Assembly: GCA_024689085.1 (NCBI GenBank)
Contig: JAILDT010000054.1
Coordinates: 619 to 64,618 of the forward strand
Source of the DNA: Clostridia bacterium
GTDB taxonomy: Bacteria > Bacillota > Clostridia > Peptostreptococcales > Anaerovoracaceae
Reading direction: 5' to 3'
Length of the DNA stretch: 64,000 bases
The notes below the pieces were generated by a model. That model was not told the DNA's origin, made no database searches, and was given only the letters and a program-made list of their open reading frames with translations. The position numbers and the translations under genes are program-made. How positions within the stretch are numbered: position 1 is the first letter of the stretch; the number at the start of each line of letters is the position of its first letter. Shown here piece by piece: positions 9,696 through 19,110 of the stretch.

Positions 9696-9709
9696 CTTAT
9701 GTCAGCCAA

Positions 9710-9982
9710 TTATTTTACAGCGTCTTTCAGAGCCTTTCCTGCCTTGAATGCTGGAACCTTAGTGGCCTTGATCTTGATTTCGTCGCCAGTCTGAGGATTT
9801 CTTGCCTTTCTAGCTGCTCTCTTTCTAACTTCGAAAGTTCCGAAACCGATCATCTGAACCTTGTCGCCCTTCTTCAGAGCCTTTGTCATTTCGCCAAATA
9901 CTGCGGCTACTGCAGCTCCTGCATCTTTCTTTGACAGATTAGCTTCCTTTGCTACTGCTTCGATTAATTCAGTTTTGTTCAT
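9710..9982 (-). CDS. hup: DNA-binding protein HU
   Basis: [29 protein letters not shown]; GGAGG SD. Confidence 0.98.
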   Translation of the reverse strand: MNKTELIEAVAKEANLSKKDAGAAVAAVFGEMTKALKKGDKVQMIGFGTFEVRKRAARKARNPQTGDEIKIKATKVPAFKAGKALKDAVK

Positions 9983-10050
9983 TCTTTTTCCCTCCACTAT
10001 TCGTTAAATTGGTTTGTTGACTTCGTTAGTGCAGCCCTTACTGCGAAATA

Positions 10051-10079
10051 ATTATAGCATAGCCAAAACCTTTATGCAA
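10051..10079 (-). promoter_or_regulatory. SigA promoter of hup
   Basis: TTGCAT-17 bp-TATAAT with extended TG. Confidence 0.75.
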
Positions 10080-10103
10080 CAAGGCTTTTGGCGATTTTGC
10101 CCT

Positions 10104-10946
10104 TTACAGAGCGTTCATTTTGCCTTTTTCATATCCGCCCAGATCGAGCGTCACGAAACGGAATCCCATACTCTTAAGTTCCGTTTCAACAGCCGCCATT
10201 TTTTCTCCGGCCTCCGCCTCAAACATCTTTGCCATCCCTGCTGGTTCCAGTTCAATCCTGGCCAGAAATCCGCCAACTGTTTCGTGGCATCTGACTCTGA
10301 CCTGGGAGAATCCGCACCCTTTCAGGTAGGCCTCAGCCGCACCGATCATCTGCAGTTTCTCTTCCGTGATTTCCTCCCCGAACGGGATTCTCGTCATGAG
10401 GCACGCGAAGGCAGGAGAACCTGCTTTCTCCGCGGCTTCTCTGATGCCAGCATCTGCCAGCGCTTGTCTGATGTCCGCCTTGGTCAGCCCCGCCTCCTTG
10501 AGCGGGCTGGCGACGCCCAGTTCCTGTATGGCACGGTAACCCGGGCGGTAATCGTCCAGATCATCCAGATTCGTTCCATCTGCCAGCACGCTTCCGACCA
10601 TGTCCGCCTTTGCCTTCATCATGCTGAAGAGTGCCTTCTTGCACGTATAGCACCGGTCGGCCGGGTTGTCTTTGATGCTCTTCAGAACGCCGGAGGCGTC
10701 CAGTTTCTTATGACTGACGGACAGTTTCTCACAAAGCCGCGCCGCATAGTCCGTTTCATCCGCAGCAAACTGAGGCCCAGTCGCGGTAATGGCCGCCACG
10801 TTATCCGGGCAGCCCGTCTTGCCATATGCTTCCGCCGCAAAAGTAAGGAGGAACGTGCTGTCCACGCCACCAGAGAGCGCAACAATCATCTGCCCGTAGC
10901 CTGTCAGTATTTCTTCCAGCTTTTTCAGTTTTTCATCTAAACCCAT
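10104..10946 (-). CDS. larE: LarE-family ATP-dependent sulfur transferase (PP-loop)
   Basis: SGGVDS, DRCYTCK, DGTNLDDLDDYRPG, ACL..RIP, QVRVRCH; start reassigned to MGLDEK (AAGGAG SD). Confidence 0.85.
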   Translation of the reverse strand: MGLDEKLKKLEEILTGYGQMIVALSGGVDSTFLLTFAAEAYGKTGCPDNVAAITATGPQFAADETDYAARLCEKLSVSHKKLDASGVLKSIKDNPADRCYTCKKALFSMMKAKADMVGSVLADGTNLDDLDDYRPGYRAIQELGVASPLKEAGLTKADIRQALADAGIREAAEKAGSPAFACLMTRIPFGEEITEEKLQMIGAAEAYLKGCGFSQVRVRCHETVGGFLARIELEPAGMAKMFEAEAGEKMAAVETELKSMGFRFVTLDLGGYEKGKMNAL

Positions 10947-10959
10947 ATCCTTGCTCCTT

Positions 10960-11955
10960 TCAGTCCTGTTCGCAGTCAAGCTTCTTCCTGTCCCGGGAGT
11001 ATTTCGCCATCCTGATGACGAGCTGCGTAGCTGGGTCAATCCCGCCGTCCATCGGCATCATAGCGCCCCGGACAAGCTCTCTGCCGCGACAGTCCACCGC
11101 GGCGAACCGATCCATGTCCGCATTGAACAACAGCCCCAGTTCTGCACCGCCGCCTATCGTCTGCAGGGAGATAGCGTTGAAGGCGTCCTTGTCTTCGGGA
11201 TCCGGCGCGTGATTCTCAAACATGCCGTCCGGCTCAATGTACTGGCTGGCGCTGATGTCCGCGCCGAGGGGTTTCAACACTCTTGTCGCGTAGAATCCAG
11301 CCCCGCCGTTTCCTGCGTCGACAGCGATTTTCATCCCTGCGAGAGGACGCTCGCCCGTGCCGATCTCTTCCACGACCCTGTTTTTCAGGAATGCGCAGTA
11401 CGGTGTCATGATATCGTTCTTTTCCGCTTCAAACACAAGCTTACCCAGCCGATGGACCTGCTGCCCCTCCTTCGGCGGTCTGCCGATTTTCGCAAGCTGG
11501 GTCTCTGTGTCGGCGGCGAATTCAAGCACGGTCGTCACGTCTTTCTCTCCGAGGCTTCCGTCCTTTGTGAAGAATTTGAATCCGTTTCTGTTGTACGGGA
11601 GGTGGCCAGCGGTGATCATCACCGTGCCGTCGTATGCAAAATCATCAAACACGGTCGCCATGTACATGGCCGGTGAAGCCGCGTAGCCAAAATCGTAGAC
11701 TTTGCATCCGTAGGCGCCGAATCCGTCCATGAGTCCATCGAGGAGCCGCGGTCCTGATGTACGCGGATCTCTGCCGATAGCGAGCGTCATCGCTTCGGGA
11801 CGCTGGCCCGTTTTGTCTGACAGCCAGACGAGGAATCCGATGGCAATCTCTTTGGCTTCGTCCTCCCGAAGGCTCAGCGGTTCTCCGGGAACGCCTGTCA
11901 GGGAAACACCGCTGACCGCATTGCCGTTTTGTAATTTCAGATATTTTTCTTTCAT
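10960..11955 (-). CDS. Truncated, catalytically degenerate phosphomannomutase/phosphoglucomutase-like protein
   Basis: GRDPRTSG, SPAMY, NRNGFKFFT and VDAGNGAGG are retained; TASH is TAGH and DxDxD is NADMD; lacks the C-terminal domain. Alternative starts at 11988/11997. Confidence 0.75.
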   Translation of the reverse strand: MKEKYLKLQNGNAVSGVSLTGVPGEPLSLREDEAKEIAIGFLVWLSDKTGQRPEAMTLAIGRDPRTSGPRLLDGLMDGFGAYGCKVYDFGYAASPAMYMATVFDDFAYDGTVMITAGHLPYNRNGFKFFTKDGSLGEKDVTTVLEFAADTETQLAKIGRPPKEGQQVHRLGKLVFEAEKNDIMTPYCAFLKNRVVEEIGTGERPLAGMKIAVDAGNGGAGFYATRVLKPLGADISASQYIEPDGMFENHAPDPEDKDAFNAISLQTIGGGAELGLLFNADMDRFAAVDCRGRELVRGAMMPMDGGIDPATQLVIRMAKYSRDRKKLDCEQD

Positions 11956-12026
11956 AGCTTTCTCTCTCTGTATAAGAAAAGGTGTCATTTCTGACACCTT
12001 CTGTCTGCTCGTTGTGGAGCGATTCT

Positions 12027-12698
12027 TTATACGTGCCTCTGCTGAACACCCTCGCGCACCACGAGCTCTTTGAGGCGTTCGATGTGGATGTCCGCCGCCG
12101 CTCTGGCTTTATCGGCGTTGCCTTCTGCAATCGCTTTCAGAATGGCTTCATGCTCTTCCGGCATATTTTCCGCACGTCTGAAATTATCGTAGTAAATGTA
12201 TCTGAACCGGAGAACCAGTTCCTGCAGCTGCTCAATCATCTGTACGAGGATTTTATTGTGACATGATTCGACGATGATATGATGGAACCGCGTGTCGTGC
12301 TTGATCATGTCTTCCATATTGCCGCGTTTCACTGCGTCGTTGTAACTGTCGGATTCCTTGTGGAGCTCCTCCATCTGCTCTTCCGTCATCCTGTCCGCTG
12401 CGAAGTACGCCGCAAGGCCTTCCAGGTCCTGCCTGACTTCGAGAATTTCAACCATGTCTTCTGTAGAAATCATGGACGCATAGGCTCCCCTTCTTGGCTC
12501 GATTGTGACGAGACCTTCCTTCTCCAGCTTTCTGATCGCTTCCCTGATCGGCGTTCTGCTGACGCCCATTTCCTCTGCAAGCTCAACTTCCATCATTCTC
12601 GTTCCCGGGATGATGGAGCCTTTCAGAATCTGCATCTTCAGTTCTTCGTAAACCATTTCGCGAAGGGGCTTGTGGTTCTGAATATCAAAATTCAACAT
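12027..12698 (-). CDS. GntR (FCD) transcriptional regulator
   Basis: wHTH motif LAEEMGVSRTPIREA plus FCD domain; the usual clostridial neighbour of ispE. Confidence 0.93.
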   Translation of the reverse strand: MLNFDIQNHKPLREMVYEELKMQILKGSIIPGTRMMEVELAEEMGVSRTPIREAIRKLEKEGLVTIEPRRGAYASMISTEDMVEILEVRQDLEGLAAYFAADRMTEEQMEELHKESDSYNDAVKRGNMEDMIKHDTRFHHIIVESCHNKILVQMIEQLQELVLRFRYIYYDNFRRAENMPEEHEAILKAIAEGNADKARAAADIHIERLKELVVREGVQQRHV

Positions 12699-12722
12699 GT
12701 CTTTACACCTGTATTCTCTGTA

Positions 12723-13661
12723 TCAGCGGGTCGTTCTAGTCCAGAAACTCTCTCTGTTGATCCTGGCCATTTCTGCGCAGATCTTTCTGGACTGTTTGAT
12801 GCTGTCTGTAAGCCCATAGACCGATGGTCCGCTTCCGCTCATCAGAACAGCCCGTCCCGGACACAATTCCTGCATCTTGTTCTTTGTATACACAACTGTA
12901 GGATACTCCATCAAAGTGTAATTTTCAAGTACGTTGACCATGTTTTTTTCAATCCGCGAAAGATCTCTTGTATTTAAACCGACGATCAATTCTGCTGTGT
13001 TCGGCCTCTCGGGAATCTCTGTATGATCGATGCCCTGATAGACCTTTGCCGTTGAAACGCTCACCGGCGGTTTCGAAAGAACGATATGGCTTTCCAAGCC
13101 TCTGATCGGTTCCAGGTCCGTTCCCGTTCCTGTCGCCAGCGCACAGTGACTTGCCAGCGGATCGCTGGCGTATCTGACCTGCAACGCGGCGTTTTCCGCC
13201 GCTTGTCCCATAACACAGAACGGAACGTCTGACCCGAGCCGCGCACCTGCCTTGCAGAGCTCCTTCAGGCTCAGGTCCATTCCCCAGAGCACGTTCAGCC
13301 CATGGAGCACCGCGGCGCCGTTGCCGCTGCCTCCCGCCAGTCCCGCCGCGACGGGAATCCTCTTCTTGATATTGATTGCAAGCTTTCCGCAGAGGTCTTC
13401 GCCATACATCTCCTTCATGACCAGTGCTGCCTTATAGGCCAGGTTCCGCTCGTCCGTCGGCAGAAATCTGCGGTTGGTCTCCAGACTGATCTGAAGCCCC
13501 TCCGCCTCTGTCTCCGCGGCGGGCGTCCAGTCCATGGCAATCTCGTCACACAGCAGAATCTGCTGCATGACCATCTCGACCAGATGCATGCCTTCTGCGG
13601 TCACGCCTTTCACGTCCAGTGACAAATTGATTTTCGCATATGATTTCAGATGAATGTCCAT
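12723..13661 (-). CDS. ispE: 4-diphosphocytidyl-2-C-methyl-D-erythritol kinase
   Basis: AKINLSL, KRIPVAAGLAGGS, LGSDVPF, LMSGSGPSV. Confidence 0.96.
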   Translation of the reverse strand: MDIHLKSYAKINLSLDVKGVTAEGMHLVEMVMQQILLCDEIAMDWTPAAETEAEGLQISLETNRRFLPTDERNLAYKAALVMKEMYGEDLCGKLAINIKKRIPVAAGLAGGSGNGAAVLHGLNVLWGMDLSLKELCKAGARLGSDVPFCVMGQAAENAALQVRYASDPLASHCALATGTGTDLEPIRGLESHIVLSKPPVSVSTAKVYQGIDHTEIPERPNTAELIVGLNTRDLSRIEKNMVNVLENYTLMEYPTVVYTKNKMQELCPGRAVLMSGSGPSVYGLTDSIKQSRKICAEMARINRESFWTRTTR

Positions 13662-13678
13662 GTCGTTCTCCTGCTTCG

Positions 13679-13707
13679 ATTATATCACATTGCGCAGCCC
13701 GTGAAAA
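13679..13707 (-). promoter_or_regulatory. Probable promoter of ispE-gntR
   Basis: TTTTCA-17 bp-TATAAT with extended TG. Confidence 0.55.
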
Positions 13708-13738
13708 AAGGACGCCGCGCATCTTCGCACAGCGTCCT
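13704..13738 (-). terminator. Terminator ending the gdpP...tadA run
   Basis: aggacgctgtgc-gaagat-gcgcggcgtcct followed by TTTTT. Confidence 0.8.
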
Positions 13739-13751
13739 CAGTTATGTTTTC

Positions 13752-14717
13752 TTATTTCTTTTTCTTGCCTTTGTTCTTCTTGTTCTTCGCCTTGCCGCTC
13801 TGATTCTTCGGGTTCGTCGTTCCCTTATTGTTCTTTCTAGCAGCTGCGGCTTTTTCCGCGGCTTCCTTCGCGGAAACCTTTTCGCCGGAATCCTTCACGA
13901 CTCTGAGTTTCAGGTCGCTTCCCGCTGCGGAAATGGCACGCGGTGAGGATACTCTCTTGTTGGATTCTCTTCTGATTTTCTCAATGATCTCGGCCTCGAT
14001 GGCTGCTTCCGCTTCCTTTTGCTTGCGGATCGCTTCCTCCTTCTTCGCCTTCTTCTTATTCGTCTTGGCGACGACTTCCTCGACGGACTTGCCGGACTTC
14101 TTTGCTTCCTTATATGGATTGACGCCGTCCTTAAACTCACGCTCTTCCTTTTTCTTCTTCTCGGCATTCTTAGTGCTTCTCACAGTGAAGAAGACCATTC
14201 CGGCCATCATCAGAACCATGAGGATCATGTAGATCGCCATTGACCTTCCCTGGTTCAGGGTCGTCATGCCGACTTTGATCTGCTGTCCGGTTGTGGATCC
14301 GTCCGCAGCCTGGAAGTTTCTACCCACGACCAGAGTATACGTCTCGTCGCCTTTGATGGCGTTTCTGTTCTTGCCGGAGTAAACGTCGGCAGCAACCAGA
14401 ATCAGACCTTCCTCATCTTCACTGTAGTAGACTTTGACCGGAATCTTCTTGCCTTCGGAGTCGACCAGTTTGAACTGCTTGGCGTTGGCCTGTCTAACAT
14501 CGTCCGATGCAGGACGCACGTCCTTGTTGAAGCGCATCTTAACACTCAGGTTGTCGACCGCAACGCCCGTCGCACCGTCTTCCGGTGATGAGGAAACCAT
14601 CTCCAGATCCGTCTTCACCGCCGCGGCTGAACTGTTATTGTCTTCCGCAAAAGCAGCCGGCGCCATCATTGTCACTGCTATTAATATTGCGCATATCAAT
14701 GCGCATGCTCTTTTCAT
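13752..14717 (-). CDS. Membrane-anchored Ig-like (Big_5-type) protein with a Lys-rich cytoplasmic tail
   Basis: Signal peptide MKRACAL..AFA; SSSPEDGATGV..FNK Ig-like motif; TM segment AIYMILMVLMMAGMVFF; start overlaps the tadA stop. Confidence 0.7.
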   Translation of the reverse strand: MKRACALICAILIAVTMMAPAAFAEDNNSSAAAVKTDLEMVSSSPEDGATGVAVDNLSVKMRFNKDVRPASDDVRQANAKQFKLVDSEGKKIPVKVYYSEDEEGLILVAADVYSGKNRNAIKGDETYTLVVGRNFQAADGSTTGQQIKVGMTTLNQGRSMAIYMILMVLMMAGMVFFTVRSTKNAEKKKKEEREFKDGVNPYKEAKKSGKSVEEVVAKTNKKKAKKEEAIRKQKEAEAAIEAEIIEKIRRESNKRVSSPRAISAAGSDLKLRVVKDSGEKVSAKEAAEKAAAARKNNKGTTNPKNQSGKAKNKKNKGKKKK

Positions 14718-15211
14718 TACTGTTTTTCCTCCGATCTCAGTTTCCTGAAAAAATCTTTCAGCAGGCCAGAGCACTCTTCGCCCATGAGTCCTGTTTCTAT
14801 TTCTACGTAGTGGTTAAGCCTTTCATCCTGTGGAATATTGAACACGGATCCGCACGCTCCCGCCTTCGGGTCCATGGTTCCAATGTACAGCTTCTCTATT
14901 CTTGCCCAGACGATAGCTCCCGCGCACATGCTGCAGGGTTCCGCCGTCACGAACATGCTGCATCCTGACAGTCTCCAGCCTCCCAAAACGGCGGCCGCTT
15001 CCCGGATGGCCAGCATTTCGGCGTGGGCCGTCGGATCCTTGTCCTGTTCCATCCTGTTGTGCGCACGCGCGATGATTTCGCCGTCCCGCACAATCACCGC
15101 CCCAATGGGAACTTCCCCTTCTGCGGCGGCAGCCTGCGCCTCTATGTAGGCTTCTTCCATGAATTTTTTCATACGCTTTGTAATGTTACCATACTTTATA
15201 TGGTCATTCAA
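14717..15211 (-). CDS. tadA: tRNA adenosine(34) deaminase
   Basis: GEVPIGA, HAE, EPCSMC, DPKAGACGS. Confidence 0.96.
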   Translation of the reverse strand: MNDHIKYGNITKRMKKFMEEAYIEAQAAAAEGEVPIGAVIVRDGEIIARAHNRMEQDKDPTAHAEMLAIREAAAVLGGWRLSGCSMFVTAEPCSMCAGAIVWARIEKLYIGTMDPKAGACGSVFNIPQDERLNHYVEIETGLMGEECSGLLKDFFRKLRSEEKQ

Positions 15212-15764
15212 GATAAAGCTTTTCGTATTCTTCCTTCAGCATGGAGTAGCAACGCACCTCGCGCAGATTGTTGTCATACATTCTGTACGCTCTGCGCAGA
15301 GTGCCTTCATAGCGGAAGCCGCACTTCTCGATAACGCGCTGGCTTCTGCGGTTCGTCTCGCTGGTGCGGATCATCAGAACGACCAGTTTCAAATCGTCGA
15401 ACCCGTACCGGATGAGACGCTTTGCCGCTTCGGTCATGTAACCGCGACCCCAGCGGTCCTTCGCCAGAGAATAGCCCATCTCCTTGCTGTTGATGTTCGG
15501 TCTGTATTTGTCTTCTTCGAAACCGATGCTGCCTACGATGTCGCCAGTCTCCTTTTCGACGATGGCCCACGTCATGTTGCGCCGGAACAACTGATCAATG
15601 ATCATGCGGGACTCGCCCACGTTGGCATGGGGCTTCCACCCCGCATTGGGTCCCACGTCAGGATTGCTGGCATAGGCAAACAGGGCCGGGGCATCTTTCC
15701 TCGTCCACATTCTGAGTATCAGTCTATCAGTTTCCAGCTGCGGAACTTTTATGATTCTGCTCAT
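15204..15764 (-). CDS. RimJ/RimL-family GNAT acetyltransferase
   Basis: LETDRLILR, GY.L...WGRGYMTEA, N..SQRV.EKCGF.YEG. Confidence 0.92.
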   Translation of the reverse strand: MSRIIKVPQLETDRLILRMWTRKDAPALFAYASNPDVGPNAGWKPHANVGESRMIIDQLFRRNMTWAIVEKETGDIVGSIGFEEDKYRPNINSKEMGYSLAKDRWGRGYMTEAAKRLIRYGFDDLKLVVLMIRTSETNRRSQRVIEKCGFRYEGTLRRAYRMYDNNLREVRCYSMLKEEYEKLYLE

Positions 15765-15785
15765 CGTTTTAACGGTTTTCTATCG

Positions 15786-17771
15786 TTACTCTGTCGTGCT
15801 GAGTATTTCCTTGTTCTTCTCAACCTGGCTGACCTTCATGTCCGACACTCTCGCCGGATCCACTTCCTCGTTGAGCGCGAGGATTGTCGGTCCCAGATAT
15901 ACAGTCTTGAGAACCTCTCCGTCCAAAGAGATCTTGCTGTATTCTGTAAAGTTCTGTCCTTTTATATAGTACTTGTCGCCAATCTTGACGATGTTCTCGA
16001 TCTTGATATCGCGGACACCCATCTTGAGCTCCGTTGGCTCATAAGGATCCTTCCCACCGTAGATGTAATTTTTACCGTAAAGAATATCGTAGGAAAGCGC
16101 TTCAAGATCGTCCAGATAGTGTTTGCTGCCTTCGTAATCCTGGTGGTATCTGGTCATGAGCCCTGCGTTTATGCCCAGCCGCTTTAGCACATACGGTGTA
16201 ATTTCGTAAGCACAAACGTCCTTATCTTTCTTCTTCATACCGAAGTTGCTCCAGATCACGTACTGCGTTTTATAGAGATCTCTTGTGGTGAGATTCTCTT
16301 CTTTCATGTCCAGTGCAGGCAGATGGTCACCGTACATGACGAGCACGATGTCTTCATCGTAATCTTCCAGAGCTGTCGTCAGTTCTCTGACGAACAAATC
16401 CATCTCGTAGACCTGATTCGCGTAGTATTCGTAACTCCACTTCGTCTCTTCATCCGGCGCTTCAGTGACTTCGATGACCGGGTCTTCTATGACTTCTTCC
16501 TCCGGATACTTGCCGTGTCCCTGTACGGAGATCGTGTAGATGTAGTCCGGCCCCTCGGAACTGTTCAGGGCGTCGATGATGTTCTCTGTCAGAATCGTGT
16601 CCTTGGCCCAGTTCTTCGGTGTTTTCACCACGTTATTCATATACTCAAGACATGTAAACGTATCGAATCCCAGATTGCTGAACACGGTGTTTCTGTTGTA
16701 GAACGCGCCCCTGTGGTTGTGGATGGCGTGAGATGTGTAACCGACCTGCCGCAGATCGTACGGTATGCTTTCGCAGGTTTCCTTCGTCAGGATGCTCTTG
16801 TACGGATATTCGCCCGGTCCGAAGAATCTGGCGCTGATACCGGTGATCGCTTCGAATTCCACGTTGGCGGTACCTGCGCCTACAGCAGGGACTGTCAGGT
16901 ATCCGGAAGAGCACTCTTTGAGAAGATTCCTGTAGTATGGTATCGGATCCTTAGAGTATTCCACATCTGTGGCAATGGTCGGATCCACGAAGGACTCAAG
17001 CTGCAGGAAGACGATGTTCGGCGTGCTGGCCGGCTTATCTGCGTCGTCCTTACCTGGTGTGTAGACGCCGTCTTCCCCGAGCTCTCCTTCGGTAAAGATC
17101 TGCTTCATTTTTTCAGCAGAGTATCCTCTCGGTTTATCGATTCCGGTTTTGACCCATGTGATCATAAAGGAGTACGGCACGCCATTGTCACGGTATGCAT
17201 AAGGCAAACTTGGGAAGAAGGTGTCCAGTACGCCCAGTCGCATGCCTCCGGTAATGGATCCAAAGGCAACGAGAATGATGATCAGTATGGATGCGACGGA
17301 TTTTCTGTAGTCGATTTTGCCTTTGCTCTTCGGCGTCTTTCGGAACAGGACAATCACGAGCAGCACGAAAAGCGCCGCTCCGACGGCGATGATAATCAGA
17401 CTCTTGACAGAAAAATAGTTCGTGAGTATGGACCTGGCTTCACTCAGTGTCGACAGATCCTTGACGTTGAACGGCGTCATTCTGTTGGTCAAAATAATGC
17501 CGTTTATGATTCCTATAGCGAGCCACAGGAGTGACAGCATGCTTGCTGCAAACACTCGTCTCCTAAAAAGAAGTGACAGGGAAAGCACCGCCATGATCAG
17601 CATGACGTTGCAGAATGTGATCAGTGGGTGTTCCACAAAGAACTGCACTGCCAGCAGCGGCGACAGCCTTCCTAATGCCTCGATGATATAGTCTATGACC
17701 ACTGATAGGATGAACAATGCCAGTATGTGATTGTGTTTGATTTTTTTAGCTGTTTCTTTGATTGTGCTCAT
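15786..17771 (-). CDS. LTA synthase family (sulfatase-fold) membrane protein
   Basis: N-terminal TM helices; LQLESF, GTANVEFE (catalytic Thr), SVQGHG, YGDHLP. Confidence 0.9.
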   Translation of the reverse strand: MSTIKETAKKIKHNHILALFILSVVIDYIIEALGRLSPLLAVQFFVEHPLITFCNVMLIMAVLSLSLLFRRRVFAASMLSLLWLAIGIINGIILTNRMTPFNVKDLSTLSEARSILTNYFSVKSLIIIAVGAALFVLLVIVLFRKTPKSKGKIDYRKSVASILIIILVAFGSITGGMRLGVLDTFFPSLPYAYRDNGVPYSFMITWVKTGIDKPRGYSAEKMKQIFTEGELGEDGVYTPGKDDADKPASTPNIVFLQLESFVDPTIATDVEYSKDPIPYYRNLLKECSSGYLTVPAVGAGTANVEFEAITGISARFFGPGEYPYKSILTKETCESIPYDLRQVGYTSHAIHNHRGAFYNRNTVFSNLGFDTFTCLEYMNNVVKTPKNWAKDTILTENIIDALNSSEGPDYIYTISVQGHGKYPEEEVIEDPVIEVTEAPDEETKWSYEYYANQVYEMDLFVRELTTALEDYDEDIVLVMYGDHLPALDMKEENLTTRDLYKTQYVIWSNFGMKKKDKDVCAYEITPYVLKRLGINAGLMTRYHQDYEGSKHYLDDLEALSYDILYGKNYIYGGKDPYEPTELKMGVRDIKIENIVKIGDKYYIKGQNFTEYSKISLDGEVLKTVYLGPTILALNEEVDPARVSDMKVSQVEKNKEILSTTE

Positions 17772-18630
17772 CTGAAAATTTGTCTGCTATTCTGCCGAAT
17801 TCTTCTATTGTAAGTGTCTCCGCCCTTCTGCCCGGATCGATGTCCGCGGCTTCGAGGATTCTTCTGACGGTGTCTTTGTCCGTTCCGCCCGCCGATGATA
17901 GGGAGTTCAGCAGCGTTTTTCTCCGCTGGGCGAATCCTGCCTTGACGCATCGGAGGAGCATCTTCTCGTCTTTGACCGGAACCTGCTTTTCCCCAAGAGG
18001 CTGAAGCCGCAGCACTGTTGATGCTACTTTCGGTCTCGGAACGAACGCTTCCTTCGGAACGTCCGTGATCTTCGTAACGCTGCAGTAATACTGCACCGCG
18101 ACGGAGATGGCTCCGTATATTCTGCTTCCCGGCGCTGAGCTGATGCGATCCGCGACCTCCTTCTGCATCATCACGGTGATGCTGTCGGCCGGAACCTGCT
18201 CTTCCAGAAGCTTCATTATGATAGGGGTTGTGATATAGTACGGGAGGTTTCCCACGATGTGGACCTTCCCCGTAAACTGACCCTCCGCTTTGCTTTCATT
18301 TATAATCTGCCCGATATCCACCTGGAGGATGTCGGCGTTCAGAACACGGACGTTGTCGTATTCTGCCAGGGTTTCCTCCAGTACGGGCATGAGTCTTCCG
18401 TCGATTTCGACTGCCGTAACGCAGGCGGCGTGCTCTGCGAGCTCTGCCGTCAGGACGCCGATGCCGGGTCCAATCTCGATGACCATATCTTCACTGTCGA
18501 TTCCTGCGCCTCCCACGATGCGTTCGAGCACGTTCCTGTCGGTGATGAAGTTCTGACCCAGACCTTTCGATGGCTGCAAACCGTACTTTTCTCTGATTGC
18601 TCTGACCGTCCCCGGTGAAGACAGATCCAT
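17746..18630 (-). CDS. rsmA: 16S rRNA dimethyladenosine transferase
   Basis: KGLGQNF, EIGPGIG, GNLPYYITTP, RRAETL. Confidence 0.97.
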   Translation of the reverse strand: MDLSSPGTVRAIREKYGLQPSKGLGQNFITDRNVLERIVGGAGIDSEDMVIEIGPGIGVLTAELAEHAACVTAVEIDGRLMPVLEETLAEYDNVRVLNADILQVDIGQIINESKAEGQFTGKVHIVGNLPYYITTPIIMKLLEEQVPADSITVMMQKEVADRISSAPGSRIYGAISVAVQYYCSVTKITDVPKEAFVPRPKVASTVLRLQPLGEKQVPVKDEKMLLRCVKAGFAQRRKTLLNSLSSAGGTDKDTVRRILEAADIDPGRRAETLTIEEFGRIADKFSDEHNQRNS

Positions 18631-19076
18631 TACTCTCCCTCCTCCGAGTCAGGAATGTAGATGGTTTCCCCCGGTTTTGTCAGTTTGAGTTTTTCTCTGG
18701 CCAGATCCTCGAGGTTTTCCTCGTCGTTCATATCCTTGATTTCTTCCTTCATCTGCTCCTGCTGCGCCTTGAGCTGTTCCTGTTTCTTGAGGGCTTCCCG
18801 CTCCTCGCTTTTGAGTTTCAGAATGTCAACGACAGACAGGCACAGAAACAGAACGAGAAGCGCCGCCACGGCGACAACCAGCAGCCTGCGTCTGCTCTGT
18901 TTTTTTCTGAGGGCGCGCTTGCGCCTCAGCTTACGCTCATCGCTCGCGGTCTGCTCACGCTCTTCTTCCGCCTGTACTTGCTCCCTTTTTTCGATGCGCT
19001 GCTGCCGCGCTTCGTCCATATCAATGACGCGGCTGCTCTTCTTGAATTGTCTGCTTCTGCTTTTTCTTTTCGCCAT
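18630..19076 (-). CDS. Septum formation initiator (FtsB/DivIC/FtsL-like)
   Basis: Single TM, coiled coil, E.LAREKL.L.KPGE.IY motif. Confidence 0.85.
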   Translation of the reverse strand: MAKRKSRSRQFKKSSRVIDMDEARQQRIEKREQVQAEEEREQTASDERKLRRKRALRKKQSRRRLLVVAVAALLVLFLCLSVVDILKLKSEEREALKKQEQLKAQQEQMKEEIKDMNDEENLEDLAREKLKLTKPGETIYIPDSEEGE

Positions 19077-19110
19077 GGCTTCTCTTCTAATCCCTTCCTT
19101 ATTTCAGACG

